From positions 139,967 to 203,966 of the forward strand of contig JBGAIB010000005.1 of NCBI GenBank assembly GCA_044225825.1: 64,000 nucleotides of DNA, written 5' to 3'. Position 1 is the first letter of the stretch; each line of letters begins with the position of its first letter. Below, in pieces: positions 27,134 to 37,140 of the stretch. Source of the DNA: Chitinophagales bacterium. GTDB lineage: Bacteria; Bacteroidota; Bacteroidia; Chitinophagales; LD1. The translations under genes and the position numbers were made by a program. Under the pieces are notes generated by a model. The model had not been told where the DNA came from, did not search any database, and worked only from the letters and a program-made list of their open reading frames with translations.

Positions 27134-29575
27134 TTACATACTGAGCAGCGGTTGCAATATTTTACGCTCCCAATCAGTAAAAGGATGCAAACCAAGCAGC
27201 GCTTTTGCTTTATCCAGATAGTTAGGATTCTTGAGAAAGGCTTTAAGTACTCTGGTAGCTGGCCCGTTTAACCGGTTATTGGTGTAGGTGGCAGCGTTCA
27301 TCAGATTCAGCAACACGTCTTCATCACAGTAGCTCATGTGTTCCAAAGCTTCAATTGCTTTAACACGTGTCCGAAACTCGTACCGGTTGCTTGCATAAGC
27401 TGTTAATTCCTTAACCTGGGCCTGGGCCTGGGCACCGAACATGTTATCCTTTAATGTCAGTTCCAGCCAGGCTATTCTAATGCCATTATTTACACCCATC
27501 AGGCCGGAAGTTTTAGACAAATACTCAGCTTTCTTTTCAGGATGTGCGATGCATAATTTACGCAAAGCCACTTCGATAGTAACCAGGCTGGTATCACTTA
27601 ACAAGCGTTCTGCTGCCGGTAAAATTGCTACGGGGTAATCATCCACCGATTCTATCACCTGACGGCGTACGGTATAGTCGTTATCGCGCAGGGCTTTCGC
27701 AAACAATTGATACGTGGCCTCGTTTTTATCCTTACCCAACTGCCGGATAATTTCGTTGCGGTTTACCGCAGCCTTTTCTTTATCGAACAATGTAATAAGC
27801 GCAGGACGGCGAAGGTCCAGATCAAAATCCTGCAGTGCAACAATAGCATCGTAGCGGTCTATAAGGGCCTTTGCTTTTGAGGCTTGGGCTACAAGTTCAT
27901 CGAAGGTGCGTTGGAAGGAAACAGTTTTTAGAATATTGCCTGCGGGATCAAAGAGTGAATAGTCAATTTCTTTAGCGGTTGGTACTGCAAGAATCACCGT
28001 ATCAGCGGGACCATTTAACCACTGTTGTGTTTTTATGGTACTACCGTCCTTTGTATGTACTTCAACAACCACCGGCATTTTAAACGGGGACGCAAGGTTA
28101 TCCATGCGCTGGGTTTGCTGTATAAAAAACACCAACTTATCGCCCTGCCGCTCGTAGCGAACGTTATAATTTGGTACCCCTGAGCGATATACCCATTCAT
28201 CAAAGAACCAATCCAGGTTAACACCGGCAGTTTCCATAAAAGCCATCTGGAAGTCGTGATTGGTTACGTTACCATAAGCATGTTTTTTTAAATACTGTGT
28301 AACGGTGCGTTTATAAACCGAATCGCCTACCACATAACGCAACATATCCAGTACAAAGCTGCCTTTGGGATAAACGCGCGGGCTCCCCCCTTTGCTGTGC
28401 CCGATAGCATAGCGGTCGTTTCTATCTGCATTTATCGCCTGCACGGCTTCGTTATGCTTATTCCATTCAAACCAATCGGTACCAAATACGCTGCCCATAA
28501 AATGCTTGCTGTAGTTGGTAGCAAAGCTCTCGTGCAGCCAGTGATGGGCCGGGCTATACTCGGTTATATAGTCGCCACACCACTGGTGGGTAAGTTCATG
28601 TGCATTAATTGCGGTATAGGTGCGCTCAACAGATGCACGGCTGTCGGTTAACAGAAAGTCGCCATAAACAGTGGCCGTGGTATTTTCCATGGCACCATAC
28701 ATAAAGTCCTGAACCGGTACGTTGGCATAGGTTTCCCATGGATAGGCTACCCCAAATTCCCTAACCAGGTAGTCCATTATCTCGGCAGTATAGGCGTAGG
28801 TAGGCTCTACGGTTTCGGGCCGGTCGGAATAGTAATACTGCCTGCTGACAATACCGTTTTTGCTTTTGTAATCCTTATAGGCGTATTTATCGATGGCCAG
28901 CATAACCAGGTAAGGGACCATGGGTTTGCTCATTGCATAATTCCAGGTAAAGGTGCCATCGGTATTCTTCTTTTTACTTTTCAAAACGCCATTGGAGATA
29001 ACTGTATAGGCTGTATCGAAAGTGATGGTAGTTTCCGTAATCAGTTTATCGTTCACATCATCATAGCAAGGGAACCAATGACGATTGTCGATGCCCTGCC
29101 CCTGGGTCCAAATCTGATGGCGGGTAAAATATGGATCGTGTGCGGTATTGCTATCGGTTACACTCCAGCCTATAAAATAAAGACCTTTATGCGGGGTGGC
29201 TTCGTAACTAATTTCCAGTTTATACTGTTTGTTCCAATCCAGGGATTGGCCGAACCGGATAGTAACGCCCTGCTCATCGGTAGTAAATTTAGTTTCCTTA
29301 CCATTCACCAATACCTTTTTGATGGCGATGGAAGGAGCATCTAAGAACAGGCTATCCATTACATACTGAATGGGCCTGAAATCATATTTCACTTTGCCAA
29401 TGACCTTACCCTGTTTAGGGATGAATTTAACATCGAGTAACATGCGGGTAAAGTCAGCATTGTGTTCCCTTATACGCCCGCCGGGATCGCGCAGATAGCA
29501 AATGGTGCTATCCTGATCGGCAGCTGAGGAGGTAAAAGAAAGGAGAAGGAAAAACAGGTAGAGAACTTGTTTCAT
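27134..29575 (-). CDS. M1 family metallopeptidase (aminopeptidase N-like) with C-terminal HEAT-like repeats
   Basis: Signal peptide. GAMENTT exopeptidase motif. HELTHQW-x17-E zinc motif. Confidence 0.9.
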   Translation of the reverse strand: MKQVLYLFFLLLSFTSSAADQDSTICYLRDPGGRIREHNADFTRMLLDVKFIPKQGKVIGKVKYDFRPIQYVMDSLFLDAPSIAIKKVLVNGKETKFTTDEQGVTIRFGQSLDWNKQYKLEISYEATPHKGLYFIGWSVTDSNTAHDPYFTRHQIWTQGQGIDNRHWFPCYDDVNDKLITETTITFDTAYTVISNGVLKSKKKNTDGTFTWNYAMSKPMVPYLVMLAIDKYAYKDYKSKNGIVSRQYYYSDRPETVEPTYAYTAEIMDYLVREFGVAYPWETYANVPVQDFMYGAMENTTATVYGDFLLTDSRASVERTYTAINAHELTHQWCGDYITEYSPAHHWLHESFATNYSKHFMGSVFGTDWFEWNKHNEAVQAINADRNDRYAIGHSKGGSPRVYPKGSFVLDMLRYVVGDSVYKRTVTQYLKKHAYGNVTNHDFQMAFMETAGVNLDWFFDEWVYRSGVPNYNVRYERQGDKLVFFIQQTQRMDNLASPFKMPVVVEVHTKDGSTIKTQQWLNGPADTVILAVPTAKEIDYSLFDPAGNILKTVSFQRTFDELVAQASKAKALIDRYDAIVALQDFDLDLRRPALITLFDKEKAAVNRNEIIRQLGKDKNEATYQLFAKALRDNDYTVRRQVIESVDDYPVAILPAAERLLSDTSLVTIEVALRKLCIAHPEKKAEYLSKTSGLMGVNNGIRIAWLELTLKDNMFGAQAQAQVKELTAYASNRYEFRTRVKAIEALEHMSYCDEDVLLNLMNAATYTNNRLNGPATRVLKAFLKNPNYLDKAKALLGLHPFTDWERKILQPLLSM

Positions 29576-29795
29576 GGTAGTGGCAAGGCCGGTATGTAAA
29601 CGGCGAAATGCCCCGCAAAGAAATTGATTTTTGGGAAGTGAAAGAGCAACAATTACAAACCCCGGAGAACAACCCGGAGCCGGGTTTTTACGTTTAAAGG
29701 TGTACCAGCACCATTTCCAAAAAAAAATCAGGGGCAGGCTGAAATATAATGCTTTACATACCTTAACTTTAGACCATAAAATTCAGCGATAAAAT

Positions 29796-31055
29796 ATGAA
29801 TCCCGCAAGCATCCTTTATGTTATCCCTTTCTTCTTTTTATTAATTGGTATAGAATGGCTGTATGGCTATGTAAAAAAGAAAGAACTCTATCGTTTGAAC
29901 GATTCGCTGAATAACCTGCTGATTGGTATAGGCAACCAGGTATTTAACCTGTTGTTTAAAGCTATCATCTTCGGCCTGTTTATTTGGATCAAAGACCATT
30001 TCGGCATTTTCAATATACCAGCTACCTGGTGGTCGTTTGTTCTTTGTCTGCTACTGTTCGACTTTCTGTTTTATTGGGCGCATCGCTGGGGTCACGAAAT
30101 GAATCTGTTCTGGGGAGCCCATTCCGTACACCACCAAAGCGAAGAATACAACCTGAGTGTGGCACTTCGTCAATCGTGGTTTCATAATGTGCTGGCCTTT
30201 TTCATTTTCTTACCAATACCAATACTGGGTTTTGGGCCATTAACATTTGGTATTGCAGCGGCTGTGCATACGTTGTATCAGTTTTGGATACATACCAAAG
30301 CTATTGGCAAACTACATCCGTGGATTGAATATTGGTGGAATACGCCAAGCCATCACCGTGTACACCATTCCATGGACCCCAAGTACATTGATAAAAACCA
30401 TGCCGGTGTATTTATGATCTGGGACCGCCTGTTTGGAACCTTTAAGGAAGAAGAAGAAGGGGTAGAGATTCATTATGGTATTACCACTCAATTAAAAAGC
30501 TGGAACCCTGCCTGGGCCAATACGCACTATTATGTAGAAATGTGGGAGAAGGCGCGCAACATGAAATGGGCAGACAAGTTTAAAATGATTTTTGCTGCAC
30601 CCGGTTGGCTACCTGATTACCTAGGTGGCTTTCAGGCACCCAAGGAAGTGGATGACAAGCAATATAAAAAGTACGATGCCGACACCAACCTGTATTTAAA
30701 AATATATGCCGTTATACAATTCGTTGTATTAATATGGGGCACTATGCAATACATGGCATACTTTCAGGATATAAGTACCTTTTACAAAGCCGTGTTCTTC
30801 GGACTAATACTAATTACCATGTTGATTATCGGTGCCATATTTGAAAACAAGCGCTGGATAATGTATGCCGAATATGCCCGCCTGGCTTTGGTAATGGTCA
30901 GTCTGAATACCTTCTACTACTTCTGGTATATCAATTGGTTTACCGTAACCATTATAGTTTCGGCTATTGTGTTTGTTGGTTGCGTGGCTTACTTCAGCTA
31001 TTGCTGGTATGCACTGGTTTACAAAAATCAGCCAAAAACCGCTACTGTAAATTAA
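29796..31055 (+). CDS. fatty acid hydroxylase superfamily (sterol desaturase family) membrane protein with extended C-terminal TM region
   Basis: Histidine boxes HRWGHE, HSVHHQSEEYN, HHRVHH. About 130 extra C-terminal residues with further TM helices. Confidence 0.8.
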   Translation: MNPASILYVIPFFFLLIGIEWLYGYVKKKELYRLNDSLNNLLIGIGNQVFNLLFKAIIFGLFIWIKDHFGIFNIPATWWSFVLCLLLFDFLFYWAHRWGHEMNLFWGAHSVHHQSEEYNLSVALRQSWFHNVLAFFIFLPIPILGFGPLTFGIAAAVHTLYQFWIHTKAIGKLHPWIEYWWNTPSHHRVHHSMDPKYIDKNHAGVFMIWDRLFGTFKEEEEGVEIHYGITTQLKSWNPAWANTHYYVEMWEKARNMKWADKFKMIFAAPGWLPDYLGGFQAPKEVDDKQYKKYDADTNLYLKIYAVIQFVVLIWGTMQYMAYFQDISTFYKAVFFGLILITMLIIGAIFENKRWIMYAEYARLALVMVSLNTFYYFWYINWFTVTIIVSAIVFVGCVAYFSYCWYALVYKNQPKTATVN

Positions 31056-31195
31056 ACTATACAGGGCCTTTAACGTCTTACTTATAAAGAGGGGTTTATC
31101 AACAATTTGCGGGTAAACACAATAATTATTCCGGGAGTTGCGAATAAGAAAAAAGTGCATATTCGCGTTCTCATAAAAACTAAAACCATAGTAAA

Positions 31196-31702
31196 ATGAA
31201 GAAATCACTGTTCAGCCTTTCCTTGCTATTTATAGCATTAGCCGGCTTCGCCGCCGAAGGCGATGCGGTTCTGGACTTCAGAAATATCTTTTGGGGTGTG
31301 CCTAAGGATAGCTGCTGGAGAGACGGTAAGAAAATTGAGTTTACCAAAGATCGCCAGAGCATGCAGCCCAATGCGTATACGATTACTAACGACGACCTGA
31401 TGATTGGTGCCGTTAAGTGCGATCGCATCCTGTATATGTTTAACGACGAAAACCGCTTTTACAAAGTGTTTGTACAAGGTTCGGTTGATCAGTCGGCCAA
31501 TATGAAGTTCATTCTTACTTACAAGTTTGGCGACCCTAAGAACCACAGCACTGTGGACGACACTGAAATTTACCAGTGGTTGATTAAAGACGTGGTGTTT
31601 ACATTGAAAGAGATTGCCAAGAGCCGCTTTGAACTGACCATTGAAAGTAACTGGCAGGCCAGCGAGGATTATAAGAAGAATACCAGCGTAGACGACTTCT
31701 AG
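31196..31702 (+). CDS. hypothetical exported protein
   Basis: 168-aa ORF with signal peptide MKKSLFSLSLLFIALAGFA. No family recognised. Followed by a good terminator. Confidence 0.5.
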   Translation: MKKSLFSLSLLFIALAGFAAEGDAVLDFRNIFWGVPKDSCWRDGKKIEFTKDRQSMQPNAYTITNDDLMIGAVKCDRILYMFNDENRFYKVFVQGSVDQSANMKFILTYKFGDPKNHSTVDDTEIYQWLIKDVVFTLKEIAKSRFELTIESNWQASEDYKKNTSVDDF

Positions 31703-31750
31703 TCGGGCGGTTACCCCCCTCTTCGCAAATCCGCGAACAAGCTATATAAG

Positions 31751-31787
31751 ACCCGGTTTCCTAAAAAGGAACCGGGTTTTGCTTTTT
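31751..31787 (+). terminator. rho-independent terminator after 31196-31702
   Basis: ACCCGGTTTCC-taaaaa-GGAACCGGGT (10 bp including one G-U) followed by TTTTGCTTTTT. Confidence 0.75.
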
Positions 31788-31829
31788 ATGGGCCGGCTAA
31801 AACATTTGCAAAATGTATATTCGTTAACC

Positions 31830-33125
31830 ATGAAGCGTAAGCCCAACTACTTATTCCGCAACTGGGCGGGCAACCAGGCCTGTATTGCCCAAAACTACTA
31901 CCAGCCCGAAACGGAAGAAGAACTGATTAAGCTGGTGAAAGACCATGCTACTTTGCGTATGGTTGGAACGGGGCATTCCTGGAGCGCCATTTGCCTGAAC
32001 AACGAGGCACTCGTTAACCTGGATAACTACAATAAGGTACTACATCTTGACAAAGACAAACTTCAACTAACGGTACAGGCAGGTATTAAACTTTGGCAAC
32101 TGAACGAATACCTGGACCAACAAGGCCTGGCACTTGCCAATTTAGGCAGTATTGCCCGCCAGAGCATAGCAGGGGCCGTAAGCACAGGCACCCATGGCAG
32201 CGGTATTAACTTTCAGTTGATAGGCTCGCAATTGGAGCAAATGAGCTTAATAAAGGCCGATGGACAAAAGGTAACCCTGCACCGCGAACGGGATAAAGCG
32301 CTATTTAATATGGCGGTGGTTAATTTGGGTGCATTAGGAATCATCAGTGAAGTTACACTGAACATTGTGCCAGCCTTCCGTTTGCACGACCAAACCGTTG
32401 TACTACCTTTTGAAGAAGTGGTGGAACAACTGGACGAACTGATCCATAACACCGACCATTTTAAAATGTGGTGGTTTCCGCACAGCGAGCAGGTAGTGGT
32501 TTACCGTTACCGGAGAACCCAGGAACCGGCTAATGACTCGCGTTTCCGTCAATGGTTTATGGATGAGTTTCTTTCGGTGTACATGTATCGGCTGTTGGTT
32601 AAAATTGGTAACCTGAACCGGGACTGGCGCAAGCCCATCAACCAAATGCTGGTGGGCAAGTTTATTCAACCGCTTAACCGCATTGAGAAAAGCTACAAGG
32701 TGTTTAATGTTCCCGAGCCGCCCTTTCACCGCGAGGTGGAATGGAGTTTTGATTTACAATATGCCAAAGAACTATTGCGTGCTTATAAGCGCATGGTGAA
32801 TGAAGGCCCTCACCGGATGAATTTTATACAAGAGATACGCTTTACCAAAGGCGATGACTTTGCACTTAGCCCCTGCTATGGCCGCAACAGCATTTGGCTA
32901 GGCGCTTATAACATGGATAACTACCGGTGGGAGGAGTTGATGAGCGACTTTGAAGCATTGGCCAAACAGTATAACGGCCGCCCACACTGGGGTAAGGAAG
33001 CTAATTTTGACAAAAATTATCTGCAAGCACAATACCCTCAATTTGAGGCTTTTAATAAGTTGCGCAACGAATGGGACCCTACCGGAAAGTTTGCCAATGC
33101 GTACATCACAAAAATTTTTGGCTGA
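31830..33125 (+). CDS. FAD-binding aldonolactone oxidase family protein (D-arabinono-1,4-lactone / L-gulonolactone oxidase-like)
   Basis: ATG at 31830, downstream of the terminator. NWAGNQ, GTGHSWS (candidate flavinylation His), and the C-terminal ALO domain with GRPHWGK. Confidence 0.8.
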   Translation: MKRKPNYLFRNWAGNQACIAQNYYQPETEEELIKLVKDHATLRMVGTGHSWSAICLNNEALVNLDNYNKVLHLDKDKLQLTVQAGIKLWQLNEYLDQQGLALANLGSIARQSIAGAVSTGTHGSGINFQLIGSQLEQMSLIKADGQKVTLHRERDKALFNMAVVNLGALGIISEVTLNIVPAFRLHDQTVVLPFEEVVEQLDELIHNTDHFKMWWFPHSEQVVVYRYRRTQEPANDSRFRQWFMDEFLSVYMYRLLVKIGNLNRDWRKPINQMLVGKFIQPLNRIEKSYKVFNVPEPPFHREVEWSFDLQYAKELLRAYKRMVNEGPHRMNFIQEIRFTKGDDFALSPCYGRNSIWLGAYNMDNYRWEELMSDFEALAKQYNGRPHWGKEANFDKNYLQAQYPQFEAFNKLRNEWDPTGKFANAYITKIFG

Positions 33126-33195
33126 TTTGGCACCTGATATTCCGGAGAACCCGTTATGTAGTTGCCTGATCGATCAACAAACCGAAAATGTTGTA

Positions 33196-33591
33196 ATGAA
33201 GTTTTTACCTGTTTTTTTGCTCTCGTTTATATTGTTCAGTTGGTTACCTGTTGATGCACAGCAAACAGCAACTACCTCCAATGCTGAAGAGTTAAAGGCT
33301 TATTACCTGGTTATACTTAAAAAAGGTCCTCACCGCGATCAGGATTCCACTACTGCGGAGCAGATACAGAAAGGCCATATGGACAATATTACCAAAATGG
33401 CTGAGGCAGGTAAACTAAATGTAGCCGGTCCGTTTTTGGATGATGGCGACCTGCGTGGCATCTTCATCTTTAACCTGAGCAGCGAACAGGAAGTGCGCGC
33501 CCTGGTAGATAACGACCCCGCTGTTAAAGCCGGCAGGCTGATCTACGAAATACACCCCTGGATGACCGCCAAGGGCACCTGCTTTAAATAA
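33196..33591 (+). CDS. YciI-like protein with N-terminal signal peptide
   Basis: ATG at 33196 (MKFLPVFLLSFILFSWLPVDAQQ). YYLVILKKGP...GHMDNITKMAEAGKLNVAGPF...DPAVKAGRLIYEIHPW fits the YciI fold family. Confidence 0.7.
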   Translation: MKFLPVFLLSFILFSWLPVDAQQTATTSNAEELKAYYLVILKKGPHRDQDSTTAEQIQKGHMDNITKMAEAGKLNVAGPFLDDGDLRGIFIFNLSSEQEVRALVDNDPAVKAGRLIYEIHPWMTAKGTCFK

Positions 33592-35385
33592 CTACGGAAG
33601 GCCTGCTGCAAAGCTCTCTTCGTTCTCATACATCTCCTCTACCAAGGTGCGGTAGCGGTCATAAATAATCTTGCGCTTTACCTTCATGGTTGGGGTTAGC
33701 TCCCCTCCTTCCACAGTCCATTCGTTTTCGAGCAACACGAACTTTTTGATCTGCTCCCATTTGCCAAAGTCCTTGTTGAGCCTTTCTACTTCGGCGTTGA
33801 TGAGGGCTTTTATTTTGCTGTTATCTACTATGTGCGCATTGGTAGAAACTTCAGGAGCATGATGCTTACACCAATCGTGCAGGTTAAGAAAAGAAGGAAC
33901 AATTAATGCCGCCACAAACTTGCGGGCATCGCCTACTACCATTATCTGTTCAATGTAAGGGCTCTCCTTCATTTTGTTTTCAATTACCTGCGGGGCTACA
34001 TATTTGCCGCCGGAGGTTTTAAAGAGTTCCTTTTTGCGGTCGGTGATTTTAAGGAAGCGCTGTCCGTGCATCTCTACCCACTGCCCAATATCTCCCGTAT
34101 GGAACCAACCCTCTTTATCAATAACTTCTTCGGTTAAATCGGGGCGGTTGTAGTAGCCTTTCATAATGTTAGGACCACGGGCGATGATCTCTCCATCCTC
34201 CGCCAGCGATACCTCCACACCGGGTATAGGCATACCTACCGTGCCGATAACCCTTCCGGTTTCCTCGATACGGTTAGCGGATAATACCGGTGAAGTTTCG
34301 GTTAGTCCGTAGCCTTCAATAACGACGATACCGGCTGCTGTAAACAGTTTTATTAAGCGGGGCTGCATGGGTGCAGCGCCTGTAACTATAAACTTAACCC
34401 GTCCGCCCAGCGCTTCCTGCCATTTGCTGAACACCAGTTTACGGGCAATAGCCAACTGCAGGTTATACCACGGGCCCTGATCTTTACCCAATTCATATTT
34501 AAGGCCCAGATCAATACTCCAGAAAAACAACTTGCGCTTGAAGCCCTCCAGTGCATTACCTTTTTCCATTATCTTTTCATACACCTTCTCCAACAAACGG
34601 GGTACGGTCGTAAAGCAATAAGGCTTTACGTCCTTCAAATTATCGCCGATGGTTTCAATGCTTTCGGCGTAATAGATATGGATACCTTTGCTGAGATACG
34701 AGTAAAACACCATGCGCTCGAAGCTGTGACAAAGCGGCAAAAAGCTCAGGGCACATTCGCCTTCGGTGAATGGTGTAACTTCTTTTACGCTGCGCACATT
34801 GCTTACAATATTTTTATGGGTAAGCATCACACCTTTAGGATTGCCTGTAGTGCCGGAGGTATAAATAATAGTGGCTAAATCCTCTTCGCTTACCTGCTCC
34901 CCGCAACGCTTAATAGCGGCTAAATCGGGCGAAGCAGGGAGGGCTTTCCAGAAGGAGTTAGCACCGGTAATTTCATCGAAAGTAAAGATGCCTTTTAAGG
35001 TTGGTACACGGCCCATAAGGGGGCGAACCTTTTCGTAAATGGAGGCATCGCCCACGAAGGCGTATTGCACCCCGGCATCGTTAAAAATAAACTCGTAATC
35101 CTTTTCGCTTATAGTAGGGTACATGGGTACATCTACTACACCTAATTGCAAAGCGCCCAAGTCGGTGAAGTTCCACTCCGGACGGTTGTTGGCAATGATT
35201 GCAATCTTGTCATCGCGCTTTAAGCCGAGATTGAGTAAAAGCTGACTAACCCTGTTGGTCTGCTCCTGCGTTTCTTTAAAGCTGAAGGTTTTCCATTCCT
35301 TATGCACCTTATAAGAAAGAAAAGGCACTTCCGGTTTTTCAGCATTCTTTTCGGCGAGCAGATCAAACAAACGTGTGATGGTCAT
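33592..35385 (-). CDS. long-chain fatty acid-CoA ligase (AMP-dependent synthetase)
   Basis: AMP-binding motif IIYTSGTTGNPKGVMLTH, plus GYGLTETS and TGDIG. 597 aa. Confidence 0.9.
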   Translation of the reverse strand: MTITRLFDLLAEKNAEKPEVPFLSYKVHKEWKTFSFKETQEQTNRVSQLLLNLGLKRDDKIAIIANNRPEWNFTDLGALQLGVVDVPMYPTISEKDYEFIFNDAGVQYAFVGDASIYEKVRPLMGRVPTLKGIFTFDEITGANSFWKALPASPDLAAIKRCGEQVSEEDLATIIYTSGTTGNPKGVMLTHKNIVSNVRSVKEVTPFTEGECALSFLPLCHSFERMVFYSYLSKGIHIYYAESIETIGDNLKDVKPYCFTTVPRLLEKVYEKIMEKGNALEGFKRKLFFWSIDLGLKYELGKDQGPWYNLQLAIARKLVFSKWQEALGGRVKFIVTGAAPMQPRLIKLFTAAGIVVIEGYGLTETSPVLSANRIEETGRVIGTVGMPIPGVEVSLAEDGEIIARGPNIMKGYYNRPDLTEEVIDKEGWFHTGDIGQWVEMHGQRFLKITDRKKELFKTSGGKYVAPQVIENKMKESPYIEQIMVVGDARKFVAALIVPSFLNLHDWCKHHAPEVSTNAHIVDNSKIKALINAEVERLNKDFGKWEQIKKFVLLENEWTVEGGELTPTMKVKRKIIYDRYRTLVEEMYENEESFAAGLP

Positions 35386-35624
35386 AAGCGGAAATTGAGG
35401 GGATTACCAAAGTTAATAAACCTTGTTTTAAGCGTGCCTACAAGTTTAAGCATACGGCACTTTATTCGCAATAGTTTAGGGGCAGCATGACTAAATTCAG
35501 TTATCAGGCAAGCTACCGCTCTACTCCCGTCCTAGCGGTTATTGACTTTAGTATAAAATCATACCTTAGAGATAGGATTCAAGCGACGGCGCATTTATAG
35601 GTGCTCCCGAAAACAAAGAACAAT

Positions 35625-36143
35625 ATGAAGAAAAGCATTCTACTCTATGGCTTAATAGCCGGGGGCATTGTAACCCTTGGAATGTTATTGGCCATTTACC
35701 GTTTTAACGATGGCAACGATATGAGCGGCGGCGAAGTATACGGCTACACCGGCATGCTGCTTGCCTTCTCCACCATTTTTATTGCTCTTTGGCAGTATCG
35801 TAAAGCCCAGGGCAGCCTGCCTTTTAAGAAGGCCTTTTTAATAGGCCTTGGCATCAGCTTAATAGCCAGTACCATGTATACTGCTACCTGGATGATTTAC
35901 TCGAACACCTATGCGCAGGACTTTATGACTAAGTATGCCGAAGCCGTAGAACGCAAAATGGAAAAAGACCATGTAAGCCAGGAGGTGATGCAACAGAAAA
36001 AGGCCGAGATGAAGCGTATGGTAGAGCTATACAAGAACCCTCTGTTTAAAATAGGCATGACCTACCTGGAAATACTACCTCTGGGTTTGCTTATTTCCCT
36101 CATTGCCGCAACAATCATGCGACGAAAACCTGCAGCTACTTAA
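35625..36143 (+). CDS. DUF4199-like membrane protein
   Basis: ATG at 35625 (MKKSILLYGLIAGGIV). Four TM helices and a charged loop, typical of Bacteroidota DUF4199 proteins. Confidence 0.6.
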   Translation: MKKSILLYGLIAGGIVTLGMLLAIYRFNDGNDMSGGEVYGYTGMLLAFSTIFIALWQYRKAQGSLPFKKAFLIGLGISLIASTMYTATWMIYSNTYAQDFMTKYAEAVERKMEKDHVSQEVMQQKKAEMKRMVELYKNPLFKIGMTYLEILPLGLLISLIAATIMRRKPAAT

Positions 36144-36684
36144 TCAACTTGCTGATAGCCTTAAACTCATCGGTACCGGCCTTATCGAGCAACATAAACA
36201 ATATCATTTCGGTGGAGACGATGAAAGCACCTGCCTGGCGCATGCGCTCCAATGCCAGTTGTTTGTTTTCGGGTGTGCGCGAGCCAACAGCATCGGCCAC
36301 TACGTGCACATTGTAACCTGCCTTTAAGGCATCCAAGGTTGTTTTAAGCACGCAGATATGCGACTCGGCACCACATATAACCAGGTCTTTTACGTTGGTG
36401 AGCTTTAACTGATCGCTAACAGGGTCGCTCATCATGCAACTAAAGCAAACCTTTTCGATGATATTGGGATTGGCAGGCAGTTGCACTTCCTTGCAGGTGT
36501 TGCCCAAACCTTTGGGATACTGCTCGGTGATGATGGTTTCCAAAGCCAGAATTTCGGCACCACGCAACAGCTTATTTACGTTCTCGAAAATGCGCTGGCT
36601 ATCATTTATTACAGGCATTAAGCGTTCCTGTACATCTATCACCAGTAAGGCGGTGTGTTCGCGTTGAGCTATTCCTAAGTTCAT
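36136..36684 (-). CDS. isochorismatase-family cysteine hydrolase
   Basis: ALLVIDVQ N-terminal motif and catalytic Cys context LVICGAESHICV. 182 aa. Confidence 0.85.
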   Translation of the reverse strand: MNLGIAQREHTALLVIDVQERLMPVINDSQRIFENVNKLLRGAEILALETIITEQYPKGLGNTCKEVQLPANPNIIEKVCFSCMMSDPVSDQLKLTNVKDLVICGAESHICVLKTTLDALKAGYNVHVVADAVGSRTPENKQLALERMRQAGAFIVSTEMILFMLLDKAGTDEFKAISKLIK

Positions 36685-36699
36685 GTTTGGGGTTTGTCG

Positions 36700-37140
36700 T
36701 TAGTCGTTAATTGTTTGTCGGTAGTTGTTGGCTTTTTTTGAGGGTGTTCTGTCGCGAAACTTTTGACCAGCCGTATTTGAGCTATTTAAGTACCGGATAA
36801 AACTTCCTGACTTGTTGGCCGCAATATCGGCAAGTTCATATAGTTTATCAAAGGTTTGCTGGTTGATATGTTCCCTATCCAATGCCCGGTAGAGTTGTGA
36901 TTTTACTTCATCCAACGAACCGGTTGTTATAGCAAGAAATGTTACAAATTCGTTCCTTCCTCCTCTTCCAAAACCCTCAGCTATATTGTCCATTGCTGAA
37001 CCTGCTGCCGCATTAATTTGATCCCGCAGTTTATAATCGCGGCTAAAAGTTCCGGTGAGGGTAACCAGGTAAACTTCGCGAGCCAAACTCCGACAATGTT
37101 TCCATGCTTCTATGTCTTCAAACCTTGAGATGGTAGCCAT
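36700..37140 (-). CDS. four-helix-bundle protein (23S rRNA intervening-sequence protein / Avd-like family)
   Basis: FEDIEAWKHCRSLAREVY...DQINAAAGSAMDNIAEGFGRG...LAITTGSLDEVKSQLY is the family signature. Sits between two co-oriented metabolic genes. Confidence 0.85.
   Translation of the reverse strand: MATISRFEDIEAWKHCRSLAREVYLVTLTGTFSRDYKLRDQINAAAGSAMDNIAEGFGRGGRNEFVTFLAITTGSLDEVKSQLYRALDREHINQQTFDKLYELADIAANKSGSFIRYLNSSNTAGQKFRDRTPSKKANNYRQTIND

Noticed and set aside
29657-29689. A terminator-like hairpin (CCCGG...CCGGG followed by TTTTT) in the divergent promoter region between the M1 peptidase and the hydroxylase genes, possibly marking a small RNA.
   Set aside because: The stem is only 5-7 bp with ambiguous register, it overlaps a direct repeat CCCGGAG, and I found no promoter motif upstream. 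It is too weak to call without transcript data.
36700-37140. The four-helix-bundle (Avd-like) gene as a marker of a diversity-generating retroelement.
   Set aside because: No reverse transcriptase ORF and no template/variable repeat pair are visible anywhere in the window.
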